A stretch of 64,000 bases of DNA from positions 1 to 64,000 of the IMG/VR virus record IMGVR_UViG_3300021400_000347; one strand, given 5' to 3'. The notes below the pieces were generated by a model that was given only the letters and a program-made list of their open reading frames with translations, searched no databases and was not told the DNA's origin. Origin of the DNA: a virus (lineage: Duplodnaviria; Caudoviricetes). The position numbers were made by a program, and so were the translations under genes. Shown piece after piece: positions 39,331 through 50,886 of this stretch (position 1 is the first letter of the stretch; each line of letters begins with the position of its first letter).

Positions 39331-40326
39331 ATGGCAGATATTAATATTTTTGAACTAGAGCCTTCTAAGATTAGCAGAGATTTGAAAGGTAAGTTCCTTA
39401 TGATTTATGGTGAGCCAAAGGTTGGTAAGTCTACTTTTGGTTCATAGCTCCCTAGAGCGCTATTTCTTAATTTCGAGCAAGGCACAAATGCCTTGGCAGG
39501 TATTCGCGGAGTACCAATTCTCCGTTGGTCAGATTTTAAGAAAGTCCTCGCGCAGCTAAGGAAGCCGCAAGGCAAGGAAATGTATGATAGTATCGTAGTT
39601 GATACAGTTTCTATTGCATGGCAGCTTTGCGAGAAGTACATCTGCCAGCGTGAAGGAGTAGAATCCATTCGCGATGTTCCTTGGGGACAAGGATGGGGTA
39701 TGCTAAGAAATGAGTTTAGCGAATGCTGGCGTGAGATTACGTTACTTGGGTTTGGTATCTTATTCATTGCCCATAGCAAGGAGAAGCCAACTGAGATGCG
39801 CGATGAGGATGGAAATACTATCACAGCGCTAGCCCCTGATCTTCCAAATCAGTGCTACACAATTATTAATAGCATCGTAGATATTATTGGTTATGTTCAG
39901 GTTCAAATGAACCCGGACGGAACCACAGAGCGCTACTTGTATACACGCGCAACACCAACAGTGTTCGCTGGTAGTAGATATCAATATCTTGCTCCAAAGA
40001 TTAAGTTTGGTTATCAAGAATTAGTAGATGCTATTGGTGACGCAATTGATAGCGCAGTAATTAAGGATGGCGCAGAAGTCACCGATCATACTGAATTCGC
40101 GCAGATTAAGGACCGCCCATTCCAAGAGATTATGGCGGATGCGAAGAATATCTGGGTGAGCTATCTAGAACAAGCTACTACCGAAGAGGAAAAGGAACAG
40201 CGTTTGAATATTATGAAGGACATAGTAAAGAAAGTTTTCGGTTCAGAGACTTTCAAGCTAAGTCAGGCTGTTCCATCTCAGGCAGACCTTCTAGAGCTGT
40301 TTATTACCGAGATGAAAGAGTTATAA
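39331..40326 (+). CDS. AAA_24/Sak4-like ATPase (TAG=Gln at 39445)
   Basis: YGEPKVGKST, FEQG, VVDT, FIAH. Confidence 0.82.
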
Positions 40327-40408
40327 AAGAGCCGAGCCGATGCCGGCTCTTTTTATTTGACAAAATTATAATTTTGTGGTATAATTATTGTAGTAAAGTA
40401 ATAAAGGA

Positions 40409-40942
40409 GTGGCAACAATGACGAAAAGTAGAACGTGTTTTGGATGTAAAGAAACATTTAATAGTAGTTCATTGGTTCAATATGCGTCTCCCAATTCTAC
40501 AGTAATGCATTGGTATTGTCCAAAATGTTTACAAGAGAAAACGGAGCGAGATAGATTTAGCAGCGTAGTCTGTAATATCTTTGGCCTTAAAGCACCGGGC
40601 CCGCGCATTTGGACAGAAAGAAAAAGACTGATTGATACATATGGATATACTGATGATCAACTAATTAATTGCCTAGAGTATCTATACCAGATAAAGGGTT
40701 TGAAAAAATTATCTGAATCTTTATGTTTAATTAATCCAAAGTCTATGTCTGAGATGTATGCCTATAAGCAGCGTCAATAGAATGAAAATAAACGGCCAGA
40801 AAATATGGCTAGAAATATTACTAACGCCGCGGCAAAAACTGAAATTAAAAATTATTTAGTGTCTGTATTTGAAAGAAATAGAGAGAAAGTCAAACAATTA
40901 AATCCTGACGATTGGTGGGATGACAATGACACTGATAGATAA
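40409..40942 (+). CDS. Zn-binding protein upstream of helicase (TAG=Gln at 40778)
   Basis: CFGC..CPKC; promoter 40357-40385. Confidence 0.65.
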
Positions 40943-42533
40943 AGGCACATATCGTCAAATTATCGGAAGTTTAATGCGTAATACATTCCTGCTTGTACAA
41001 TATGACGATATCGAGCCCTCTGATTTTGGCGAGCGGTGCGCGCAAACTGCCTTTATCGCTATTAAAAACCTTTATCAAGCGGGCGCGCAGCAGCTAACCG
41101 CATCAGAGGTTGAGCAAGAAATAGAGAAGCACGAACGTAGTTATTTATACTATGTTGAAAATAATGGGCGAGAATTTCTAACAACTTGTTATGAATTAGC
41201 TAACCCAAGTAATTTTGAAACATATTATAATCAATTAAAGAAATGTTCTCTTCTGCGCGAGCTTCAAAGAGAGCATTATGATATTAGCGAGTTCTTTATT
41301 GATGATAAAGATGTAGTTAACCCGCTAGAAGCAGCGAAAGTTCAAGAGCATTGTGAACAGTCAAGTCTTGAAGATATTCTAGATAGTATTGAATCAAAAT
41401 ATTCAATCATTCGTAATAAGTTTTTACATGGAGGCAAGTCACAAGGAGACCCCTCGGAGAAGATTAATGAACTTATTGAACGACTTAAGGAAACGCCTAA
41501 TGTAGGTGAGCCACTAGAGGGGAAACTATTTAATGCTGCCTGCCGCGGGGCCCGAGTTGGATGCTTTTATCTTAAATCTAGTTCTAGTGGTTCTGGTAAA
41601 ACAAGAACATCAGTTTTTGATGCTTGTAAGTTAACATTTCCAATTAAATGGAGTCATACTATGCGAGACTTCATTATGGAAACGCCAATTAATAATGAAG
41701 ATGTAATGCGCGATCCAGTAAAGACTTTGTTTATTGTTACAGAGATGGATAAAGAAGAACTCCAAACAATTATGCTAGCATATCTATCAGGTGTGCCAGA
41801 AGATAGGATTTTAACTGGTTCATATCTTGACGATGAGTATGAAAGAGTATTGTTTGCCGCGTAGATTATTAAAGATTATCACGATAACTTCATTATAGAA
41901 GAAATTAGTGAACCTAATTTGGTAAATGTGACTGCGACAATTAAAAGATATGCTACAGTGGAAAATGTTAAGTATGTCTTTTTTGATTATATTCATAGTA
42001 CAGCAAGTATGATGAGTGAATTTGCGAAGACAGGTCTGCGTGAGGATGTAGTACTCATGCTAATGGCTAATCAGCTAAAGCAGTTAGCAAAAGATTATGG
42101 ATTGTTCATTTTCTCAGCCACGCAGGTAAATGCTTCTGCTATGACAGAAGATGATGGTTTTAAAAATGAGGCCAGTATCAGAGGAGCAAAAAGTATAGCT
42201 GATAAGGCAGATATGGCATTAATTATGACAAAAGTGACACAGAAAACTTTAAACGCGGTCATGCCAGCTTTTAAACAAGCGGTCAACGAAGGAACTTTAA
42301 ATCCTAGTATATTAGCAACTCCGCCAACCCACGTATTAGACATTTATAAAATGCGTCGTGGACGTTATAAAAATGTCCGTATATGGATTAATTTAAACTT
42401 AGGAAACGGAGAACGTACCGATCTCTTTATGACTGGCGCAGATAATCTTCCTCTAGGGGAGCCAATAGATATGTATACTGGATATTATGAGAGACGCTTA
42501 ACGAATTGGAGGCAGCAGTTATGTTTGACTTAA
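40920..42533 (+). CDS. DnaB-like replicative helicase (TAG=Gln at 41862)
   Basis: SSSGSGKTR, TEM, FFDYI, SATQVN, KMRRG. Confidence 0.88.
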
Positions 42534-43636
42534 CGCACGCAGACAAAGAGCTAGAATATTTAAACTTATCTGCTCGTGATATAGTTGACGCGCTTGAGCT
42601 CGAAGATGTAGAAAAGTTTTTGCTCAGCCTAGGAGTCGAACAATTACAGGTTATGCCTGAAAAGGGATATATTATATCTCCAACAATTTGTCATAATCCA
42701 TTAGGCGCGGAGAGTAGCATGAAACTGTATTGGTATCAAAATAATAAGATATTTAGATGCTATACAGAATGTAATGAAGCTATGTCTATTTTTACACTCT
42801 ACCAAAAGTTTATGGCACTAAATTACCATGAAGTAAGTTTTGTTGAAGCTGTTGATTATGTAAAAAAGTTTATTCATGGAGAAGTTAAACCACGCGCGCG
42901 AAGCAACACCAATTATGACATAGAGAAATATAAGTATAATACAGTTATTCCTGAGCTAGAAGAATATAATCATAGTATTCTAGATTATTTTACTGTTTAT
43001 CATCATCCAGCCTGGATTAAAGATGGTATATTGCCAGAAACTATGGACAAGTTTAATATTCGTTTTTCACTAGGACAAAATAAGATAATTATTCCGCATT
43101 ATGATATTAAGAACAGACTTATTGGAATCCGCGGCAGAGCCCTAGAGAAAAAGGAAATAGATGAATTTGGGAAATATCGTCCAATTCAAGTCGGTGAAAC
43201 AATATATACTCATCCCCTTCAATTTAACTTATATGGGATTAATTTTCACCAGAATGGAATAAATAAACGTCGATCGGCCTTGCTGGTTGAAGGAGAAAAA
43301 TCTGTTATGATTGAGGACGGCTGGTATGGAGATTTAAGCAATAGCGTAGCGGTATGCGGCTCTCATTTTAATAAATATCAAATAGCATTATTAATTAGTA
43401 ATTTAAATGTGAATGAAATTATTGTTGCTTTTGATAAAGAATATGAGCAAAGCGATAGTGATCAAGGACATAGGTATCGCGCGAAAATTGAATCAATGTG
43501 TAAGCCTTTTCTTAATCAAGCTAATTTTTATTATATATGGGATTATAATAACTTGCTGGAGGAAAAAGATGCCCCAGTAGATAAAGGACAGCGAGTCTTT
43601 GAAGAATTATATAGAAATAAAGTAAAGGTAAGGTAA
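42521..43636 (+). CDS. DNA primase (Zn-binding + TOPRIM)
   Basis: CHN..CYTEC, IGIRGR, VEGEKS, AFDKE, KDAP. Confidence 0.85.
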   Translation: MFDLTHADKELEYLNLSARDIVDALELEDVEKFLLSLGVEQLQVMPEKGYIISPTICHNPLGAESSMKLYWYQNNKIFRCYTECNEAMSIFTLYQKFMALNYHEVSFVEAVDYVKKFIHGEVKPRARSNTNYDIEKYKYNTVIPELEEYNHSILDYFTVYHHPAWIKDGILPETMDKFNIRFSLGQNKIIIPHYDIKNRLIGIRGRALEKKEIDEFGKYRPIQVGETIYTHPLQFNLYGINFHQNGINKRRSALLVEGEKSVMIEDGWYGDLSNSVAVCGSHFNKYQIALLISNLNVNEIIVAFDKEYEQSDSDQGHRYRAKIESMCKPFLNQANFYYIWDYNNLLEEKDAPVDKGQRVFEELYRNKVKVR

Positions 43637-43641
43637 TATAT

Positions 43642-45411
43642 ATGAAATATAAAGAGAAGAAGCATTATACACGGAATCCTAAGCAGGCATTAAATGATAT
43701 TCTAACGGACCGTGGAGTATTGGATATTGATAATTTTTTACACCCAAGCAGCGCGTGTGAGCTAGACCCAGCTCGTCTAGAGAACCTAGACGTTGGCGCG
43801 CGGATGCTGATGAAGCATCTTGAGAATAATAGCAATATTTTATTCATCGTGGATTGCGATGTGGATGGTTACACATCAAGTTCCATTCTCTGGCTATATA
43901 TTAAAGAGTTATATCCAGATATTAATTTAGACTTTATGGTTCATGAACATAAGCAGCACGGTTTATCGGACGTTGTTCATAAGATTGAAGACGGTAATTT
44001 TAATTTAGTTATTTGTCCCGACTCCGCAAGTTATGATGTAGAAGAGCATTGGACATTAAATAATATGGGGATGGATTGCCTGGTTATTGACCATCATGAG
44101 CAGCAAAATGATGATAACGGTAACCCGATTGTAAGTGATGCGCCAAAAACAATTGTTATCAATAATCAGCTTTCGCCGAATTATCCAAATAAAAGCCTGT
44201 GTGGTGCGGGCGTTGTATATAAGTTCTGTGAATATTTAGATAGCCTTCTCGGCGTCAATAACGCATTTAAGTTTATTGATTTAGTAGCTCTGGGTGAAAT
44301 TGCCGATGTTATGAATAGAACAAATACCGAAACCAATTATTTAATGATGGAAGGACTAAGGCATATTAGGAATAAAGGTTTTGAGACGCTATTAACCGCG
44401 CAATCTTACTCACTCAAAGATAAAGCTATCCCCCCATTTAATGGATTAACAACTATAGATGTAGCTTTCTATATCGCACCGCTGATTAACGCGATCACCA
44501 GAGTTGGAACCCGCACTGAAAAAGAAACTCTGTTTAAATGTTTTGTTTCTCCTGACGAGCTAGTGCCGAGCACAAAGCGCGGCGCCAAGTCTAGCGATTA
44601 TGAAACGGCCGCAGAACAGACCGCGCGCGTGGGTAAGAATGCGAAGTCTAGGCAGGATCGCATTAAAGAAAAAGCTATGGAAACCATTAGCTTTAAGATT
44701 GAAAAAGAAGGACTTGAGAATAATAATATTATTCTTGTAGAAGTAGATGCGGATGATGATATCCCACAAGAGCTAACTGGATTAGTAGCTATGGGTATGG
44801 TCAATAAATATCATCGTCCAGTTATGATAGGCCGGCGCAATGATAATGATCTAATTCAGGGAAGCATTAGAAGTAATAATAACTTTGCTGGTATTCCTAG
44901 CTTTAAACAGTTTTTGGAGAACAGTAAGTTTATTGAGTATACTGCTGGCCACGATAATGCGGCGGGCTTTGGTATTTCTGGTAATAAAGTAGACCAATTT
45001 ATCCAGTTCGCAAATACTACTTTGCGCGCAGAAGACTTCGACAACTGCTATCTCGTGGATTATATTCTAAATGCTGACGATGATAACTATGACCTTCTAA
45101 TTGAACTTGGCTCTCACGGGCAATATTTTGGTAATCAAATTGAAGAGATTACTTTAGTAGTAGAAAATATTACCTACAACAATTTCGTTCGTATGGGCGC
45201 GAATAAGGACAGCGTAAAAATCTCTTATAATAATATGGATTATATTAAGTTCAAAGACGAAGATTTTATCAATGAACTTGAACAAAATAAAAATAAGAAG
45301 TTGGTCATCTATGGCCGCCCGAATGTAAATGAGTTTGCTGGTAGGACAACTATCCAGTGTATCATCAATGACTATCAATTCGTAGATGATTTAAGCAAAT
45401 ACGACTTTTGA
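43642..45411 (+). CDS. recJ: RecJ-like ssDNA exonuclease (DHH/DHHA1)
   Basis: DCDVDG, DHH, LCGAGV, GSIR, GHDNAAG. Confidence 0.88.
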   Translation: MKYKEKKHYTRNPKQALNDILTDRGVLDIDNFLHPSSACELDPARLENLDVGARMLMKHLENNSNILFIVDCDVDGYTSSSILWLYIKELYPDINLDFMVHEHKQHGLSDVVHKIEDGNFNLVICPDSASYDVEEHWTLNNMGMDCLVIDHHEQQNDDNGNPIVSDAPKTIVINNQLSPNYPNKSLCGAGVVYKFCEYLDSLLGVNNAFKFIDLVALGEIADVMNRTNTETNYLMMEGLRHIRNKGFETLLTAQSYSLKDKAIPPFNGLTTIDVAFYIAPLINAITRVGTRTEKETLFKCFVSPDELVPSTKRGAKSSDYETAAEQTARVGKNAKSRQDRIKEKAMETISFKIEKEGLENNNIILVEVDADDDIPQELTGLVAMGMVNKYHRPVMIGRRNDNDLIQGSIRSNNNFAGIPSFKQFLENSKFIEYTAGHDNAAGFGISGNKVDQFIQFANTTLRAEDFDNCYLVDYILNADDDNYDLLIELGSHGQYFGNQIEEITLVVENITYNNFVRMGANKDSVKISYNNMDYIKFKDEDFINELEQNKNKKLVIYGRPNVNEFAGRTTIQCIINDYQFVDDLSKYDF

Positions 45412-45465
45412 CAAAAAACAAAAAATCTGTTATAATATTAGTATAAACTAGAACGGAGTGATAGA

Positions 45466-48400
45466 ATGGACTTACGACAATATAAGCGTATGGAGACTCA
45501 TTCACATAGTAATTATAGTAATATTCGGCTACTAGACTCAATTAATCGTCCAAAGGATATGATTTTGACGGCAGCGTCACTTGGGTTGAGTGGTGTAGCA
45601 TTAACAGATCATGAGTGTCTTTGCGGTGCGGTTGAATGGTTGACGTTGGAAAAAGACTTGAAGGCCGCTGGAAAAATCCCAGAAGATTTTAAATGCGCGA
45701 TTGGCAATGAGATTTATTTGGTTGATGAAAGAAAGGCAAAGCAGCCATATTATCACTTTATTCTTATTGCCAAAGATACAATAGGTTTTAGACAGCTATG
45801 TAAGTTATCTTCTCAAAGTTGGTATAATTCATATCATGACCGTGGTATGGAACGAGTACCGACTTTAAAGTCAGAGCTTTATAAAATTGTTAAAGAAAAT
45901 CCAGGACATTTAATTGCGACAAATGCTTGTATTGGTGGAGAGCTACCAAGAGCATTATTAAAGTTAATTGAAGCGGAAAAGAATAAAGATGAAGCAACAA
46001 TTAATGCCGCGCGCGAACAAGTAAATAAGTTTATTGAGTTCTGTCTGGATTTGTTTGGTAATGACTTTTATATTGAGGTTGCGCCGGGAACTAGCCCAGA
46101 GCAGGTGGCATACAACAAACGAGTTGTTAGTATTGCGAAGTTCTTCAATATTAAAATGATTTATGCGACCGACGCACATTATCTAAAGAAGAGCGATAGA
46201 TATGTACATAAGGCATACTTGAACTCTAAAGTTGGCGAGCGTGAGGTTGATAATTTCTACGAGTTCGCGCACTTTATGGACAATAATGAAGCGTGGGAAT
46301 ACCTTTCAGTCGCATATAATGAAGAGCAGTTCATTGAATTTTGTAATAATTCAATGGAGATCTACGGGAAAATTGGGACTTATGATATTTTTAGAAATCC
46401 AATTATTCCTAAGATTGAAGTAAAAGATTATCCAAAGCGGGAAGCATTTCTTGATGGGTATCCAGTATTAGCTTATCTATTTAACTCTGACGAAGTTCAG
46501 GAGCGATATTGGGTAAATGAATGCTGGAATAGGTTATGTGAACTAGGCCTGAATCAAAATGACGTATACATCAAGCGTCTTGAAACTGAAGCTGATATTA
46601 TTCAAACAATCGGGCATAAACTGGGCAATTGCCTATTTGAATATTTCAATACGTTCCAGCATTTTATTGATTTGTTCTGGGAGTGCGGTTCAATTGTAGG
46701 CCCCGGGCGTGGAAGTAGTGTATGTTTCTTATCAAACTTCTTGCTAGGTATCACGCAGCTTGACCCAATTAAATGGAATCTTGTAGAATGGCGTTTTCTA
46801 AATAAAGAGCGTACAGAACTCCCTGATGTTGATATTGATTTAAGTCCATCAAAACGTCCACTCATCTTAAAACGAATTCGTGAAGAGCGCGGAGAGCTTA
46901 GAGTTCTACAAGTAGCGACATTTGGAACAGAAGGTACAAAGAGCGCGATTATCACAGCTTGCCGTGGTTATCGTAGCGAAACATATCCAGAAGGTATTGA
47001 TAATGATACGGCATTATATATTGCCAGCCTTGTCCCGCAGGAGCGCGGAATGCTATGGAGTCTGGATGATGTAACGAAAGGTAATGAAGAAAAAGGTCGT
47101 CAGCCAGTAACTATGTTTAATAATGAAATGGATAAGTATCCTGGATTATTAGATATTGTTTATGGTATTGATGGTCTGGTAAACAAGCGGAGCCAACATG
47201 CGTCAGGTGTTATCCTATATAATAGTGACCCTTGGGATACAAATGCTGTAATGAGAAGCCCAAATGGAGATTTAACGACACAATTCGATCTTCATAAGTC
47301 TGAGGCTTTAGGAGACACCAAGTTCGACTTCCTCGTTACTGAAATCTGTAATAAAATCACCAATGCCATTCTTCTAATGCAGAATGATAATGTACTTCCT
47401 AAAAATATGTCATTGAGAGAAGTATATAATAAGTATCTTCATCCTGATGTTATTAATTTGAAAGATGATAGACTGTGGGATACATTAGCATCTGGACAAG
47501 TAGTAGATTTGTTCCAGTTTGATACGCCAGTTGGCGGGCAAGCGATTCGTTCAATTCTACCTCGGGATCCGATTCAAATGATGATGGCCAACGCATTGAC
47601 TCGACTGACGGGTGAGAAAGGGCAAGAGCGTCCAATTGAAAAGTATGTACGCTTTAAGAATGACATCCGTCAGTGGTATAATGAATGTAAACGGTGGCAT
47701 TTAACTGACGATGATATTAAATTGCTTGAACCATATTATTTGCCTGTATTTGGAGTCCCAACTACACAGGAGAAATTAATGCTTCTTTGTATGGAGCCAA
47801 AGCTCGCACATTTCACTCTAGCGGAAGCAAATACTGCTAGAAAGATTTGCGCGAAAAAGCAGTTAAATAAAATTCCCGATCTTAAAGAGAAGTTCATTTC
47901 ACAATGCCCTAAACGAGAGTTGGGAGAATATGTATGGTTTAGCGCGATTGAACCACAGATGTCATATGCGTTCGCAGAGCCGCACGCTTTAGCATATAGT
48001 TTTATTGCGATTCAAATCTTAGTATTAACAACATATTATCCAATCATTTATTGGAATTGCGCGTGTTTAATTACTAATAGCGGCGGAGACGATTTTATTG
48101 AAGTCGATAACGAAGAAATTGAAATTAATAATGATGATGATGACGATGAAGAAGACGATGATGACGATGAGGAGATAAGTAAAAAAGTTAAGACTACTGA
48201 TTATGGAAAAGTCGCGACAGCGATTGGTAACTTCCAGAATCGAGGTATTAAAATCGAACCTCCTGATGTAAATAGTTCATTGTTTACGTTTTCTCCAAAT
48301 GTCGCAGATAATAAAATCGTTTATGGGCTTCGCGGTATTACAAGGTTGTCTGTGGATACAATTAAAAGTATCATTGCGAATCGTCCATTTAGTTCTATGG

Positions 48401-49380
48401 AAGATTTCCTGACTAAAGTAAAGCTTAATAAGGTTCAAATGATTAATCTTATTAAATGTGGCGCGTTTGATGTTGTAGAAAATAAGCCTCGAGAAGAAAT
48501 AATGCATAAATATCTTGAAAGTATCGCAGATAAAAAGACGAGGCTGACTTTACAGAATATGCAGATGCTAATCACAAAAGAGCTCATTCCTGATGAGATG
48601 AGTTATTATGCGAAGTTATTCTTGTTTAATAAGCATCTAAAAACGCAGAAGGCCGGACAATATTATATGTTGAACGATGCCGCGATTCGATTCATTGACG
48701 AGCATTTTGATTTAAATAAAACTGCGGACGGCGATAAGATCCTCCAAACCGTATGGGACAAAATGTATAGTAATGGAATGGAGCCAATGCGCGCGTATCT
48801 AAAGGCGCACGCGCAGGAGATGTTGGACGCATTGAATCAAAGCTTGTATGATGAAGTTGCTGAAAAGTATGCGCAAGGTAATATTAGCCACTGGGAAATG
48901 GAATCAGTAAACTTTTATTCGCACGAACACGAATTAATTAAAGCTGCGAATGATTATGATGATTTCTTCTCACTTCCAGAAGAGCCAGAACTTGAATATT
49001 CTTTCGTGTCAGACAGTGGCCAGGAGATAAAAATCTTTAAAATCCATCGTATTATTGGTACAGTAATTGATAAAAATAAATTAAAGAATACCGTAACTTT
49101 ATTAACCCCAACCGGTGTAGTAAATGTTAAGGTATATAAAAATCAATACGCTGTATATGATAAGCAAATTTCCGCGCCAAAGCCAGGCGGCGGAAAAACT
49201 GTTCTAGAAAAAAGTTGGTTTAGCCGCGGGAATAAACTGCTCGTACAAGGCATTCGCAGAGGGAATGAATTTATTCCTAAAAAGAAAAAGCAAGCATTAC
49301 TACCAGTAATTACAAAAATTATTGATATTGATGAAAAAGGGACGTTGACTTTCCAGCAAGAACGAGTGGAGGTAGATTAA
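45466..49380 (+). CDS. dnaE: DNA polymerase III alpha subunit
   Basis: PHP HSH/TDH/TDAHY; GPGRGS, PDVDID, HASGV, KFDFL; promoter 45408-45436. Confidence 0.95.
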   Translation: MDLRQYKRMETHSHSNYSNIRLLDSINRPKDMILTAASLGLSGVALTDHECLCGAVEWLTLEKDLKAAGKIPEDFKCAIGNEIYLVDERKAKQPYYHFILIAKDTIGFRQLCKLSSQSWYNSYHDRGMERVPTLKSELYKIVKENPGHLIATNACIGGELPRALLKLIEAEKNKDEATINAAREQVNKFIEFCLDLFGNDFYIEVAPGTSPEQVAYNKRVVSIAKFFNIKMIYATDAHYLKKSDRYVHKAYLNSKVGEREVDNFYEFAHFMDNNEAWEYLSVAYNEEQFIEFCNNSMEIYGKIGTYDIFRNPIIPKIEVKDYPKREAFLDGYPVLAYLFNSDEVQERYWVNECWNRLCELGLNQNDVYIKRLETEADIIQTIGHKLGNCLFEYFNTFQHFIDLFWECGSIVGPGRGSSVCFLSNFLLGITQLDPIKWNLVEWRFLNKERTELPDVDIDLSPSKRPLILKRIREERGELRVLQVATFGTEGTKSAIITACRGYRSETYPEGIDNDTALYIASLVPQERGMLWSLDDVTKGNEEKGRQPVTMFNNEMDKYPGLLDIVYGIDGLVNKRSQHASGVILYNSDPWDTNAVMRSPNGDLTTQFDLHKSEALGDTKFDFLVTEICNKITNAILLMQNDNVLPKNMSLREVYNKYLHPDVINLKDDRLWDTLASGQVVDLFQFDTPVGGQAIRSILPRDPIQMMMANALTRLTGEKGQERPIEKYVRFKNDIRQWYNECKRWHLTDDDIKLLEPYYLPVFGVPTTQEKLMLLCMEPKLAHFTLAEANTARKICAKKQLNKIPDLKEKFISQCPKRELGEYVWFSAIEPQMSYAFAEPHALAYSFIAIQILVLTTYYPIIYWNCACLITNSGGDDFIEVDNEEIEINNDDDDDEEDDDDDEEISKKVKTTDYGKVATAIGNFQNRGIKIEPPDVNSSLFTFSPNVADNKIVYGLRGITRLSVDTIKSIIANRPFSSMEDFLTKVKLNKVQMINLIKCGAFDVVENKPREEIMHKYLESIADKKTRLTLQNMQMLITKELIPDEMSYYAKLFLFNKHLKTQKAGQYYMLNDAAIRFIDEHFDLNKTADGDKILQTVWDKMYSNGMEPMRAYLKAHAQEMLDALNQSLYDEVAEKYAQGNISHWEMESVNFYSHEHELIKAANDYDDFFSLPEEPELEYSFVSDSGQEIKIFKIHRIIGTVIDKNKLKNTVTLLTPTGVVNVKVYKNQYAVYDKQISAPKPGGGKTVLEKSWFSRGNKLLVQGIRRGNEFIPKKKKQALLPVITKIIDIDEKGTLTFQQERVEVD

Positions 49381-49381
49381 A

Positions 49382-50458
49382 ATGATAGGATTGGTTGATT
49401 ATGATCTATAGACGTCAGCTCTATCAGAGCTGACCCCTCCAAACTTGGAAATAATGAAGCTGGCCAATTATTATAAAATAGAAGAAAACAAGTTCTGTAG
49501 ATTGGTTTCACTAAAGGAAGAAGATCTATCTAATTATAGTTAGATTTATTTCTTTAGTGAAACCGCGCGCGAACCCGATATACCAGAAGCCTTTAAGACC
49601 AATCCTAATGTTATATACGGCGGTTCAGCTTTTACTAATGAGTAGTATGTGCCATTTGCCAATGATTTAATTGATTATACTCTTCCTTCACCGATGATTT
49701 ATAAAAACTTTTTAAAAGAAAAGTATGATGAAGGTATTAAAAGTAATGTGATTGAACATATTTTAGATGATAGTTATTATAGGCAAATGGCAGGGGATAA
49801 AAAATTACCCATTCCGCCGGTAAAAAAGAGAAAACGGGTGTATATCTATGACCGAGATTTTTTCGCGCCAGATTGGGAAAAGAATATTTCCATCTTGAGC
49901 GATAGACATCCTTCTTCTATCATTACTATCCATCCTATTCATTGTAAGACTCTAACGCAATATTTTAATTTAAGAAACTTCCCTAAACTTTCGCGCGCGA
50001 ATGGCATCATTCTTGACGTAGATGTTCCATACGATGATATTCCTTATCTACTAAAAAAATATTTAAAATTATTTTTAGCAGATATTAGCACTATAACACC
50101 ATTTTATATCGCAATAGGCGGGAATCTTAAAAGTAATCGTGCCTATTACACTAATTTGATTAAACAATTAAATTTATTATATTCTTTCTGGGCAAAATCA
50201 GTACCAGTAAAGATATATTATATAAAACCCGGACTTGGATACAATAATCCATTAGATAATTTATTCAAGGCATTAGAACTATGGACAAGAAGTTTTAATA
50301 AGGATAAAACAATCAATGACCGTATTGTTTATAAAAAAAAGAAGATATAGATAGAACGTGACGAGCGCGATGAGCTATTAAAATTTTATCCTACGGCAGC
50401 CACATTGTTTGATTAGAGTTTTAATGCTGTATCTTCAAGGGGGTATTGGAGAATATGA
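49382..50458 (+). CDS. Hypothetical protein, possibly degenerate radical-SAM-like (TAG=Gln)
   Basis: MIGLVDYD..PNLEIMKLANYYK..GGSAF N-term; no CxxxCxxC seen. Confidence 0.6.
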
Positions 50459-50661
50459 CAGTAGATGAAATCATTATAAAACACGAATAGCTATCTAAGC
50501 AATTAAAGGTTGCTGCGTCTACGATGGCGTTAAGTGATGATGTTAAAACAATTTTTGCTAAAATAAAGGATCTACAAGAGCAATGCCCACATTTTAGCGC
50601 AAAACATAATTTTGTATAGATAGACGATAAATGCCCTTATTGCGGCAAGAAATTGGAGTGA
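50455..50661 (+). CDS. Small Zn-ribbon protein (two TAG=Gln)
   Basis: CPH..CPYCG. Confidence 0.6.
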
Positions 50662-50666
50662 TTAAT

Positions 50667-50882
50667 ATGGTAACGTTATATACAAGTGATACTTGTGGAG
50701 TATGTAAGGCTATGAAAATGAAGATGGCTATGAAGAATATTCCATATGAAAATAAAACAGACATTGATTACTTAATGGACAAGGGCATTTAGAGATTACC
50801 TGTGCTTCAGCTTGAAGATGGCACGCTAATTGATTCTCCTACCGAAATCAATGCTTGGATTAAATCACAGCCGGAGGAGTAA
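50667..50882 (+). CDS. Glutaredoxin/NrdH-like redoxin (one TAG=Gln)
   Basis: TLYT..CGVC..LPVL; missing from ORF track. Confidence 0.8.
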
Positions 50883-50886
50883 GAAA

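Noticed and set aside
48105-48180. Intein or insertion element in dnaE
   Set aside because: Only a short Asp/Glu low-complexity linker; no intein motifs
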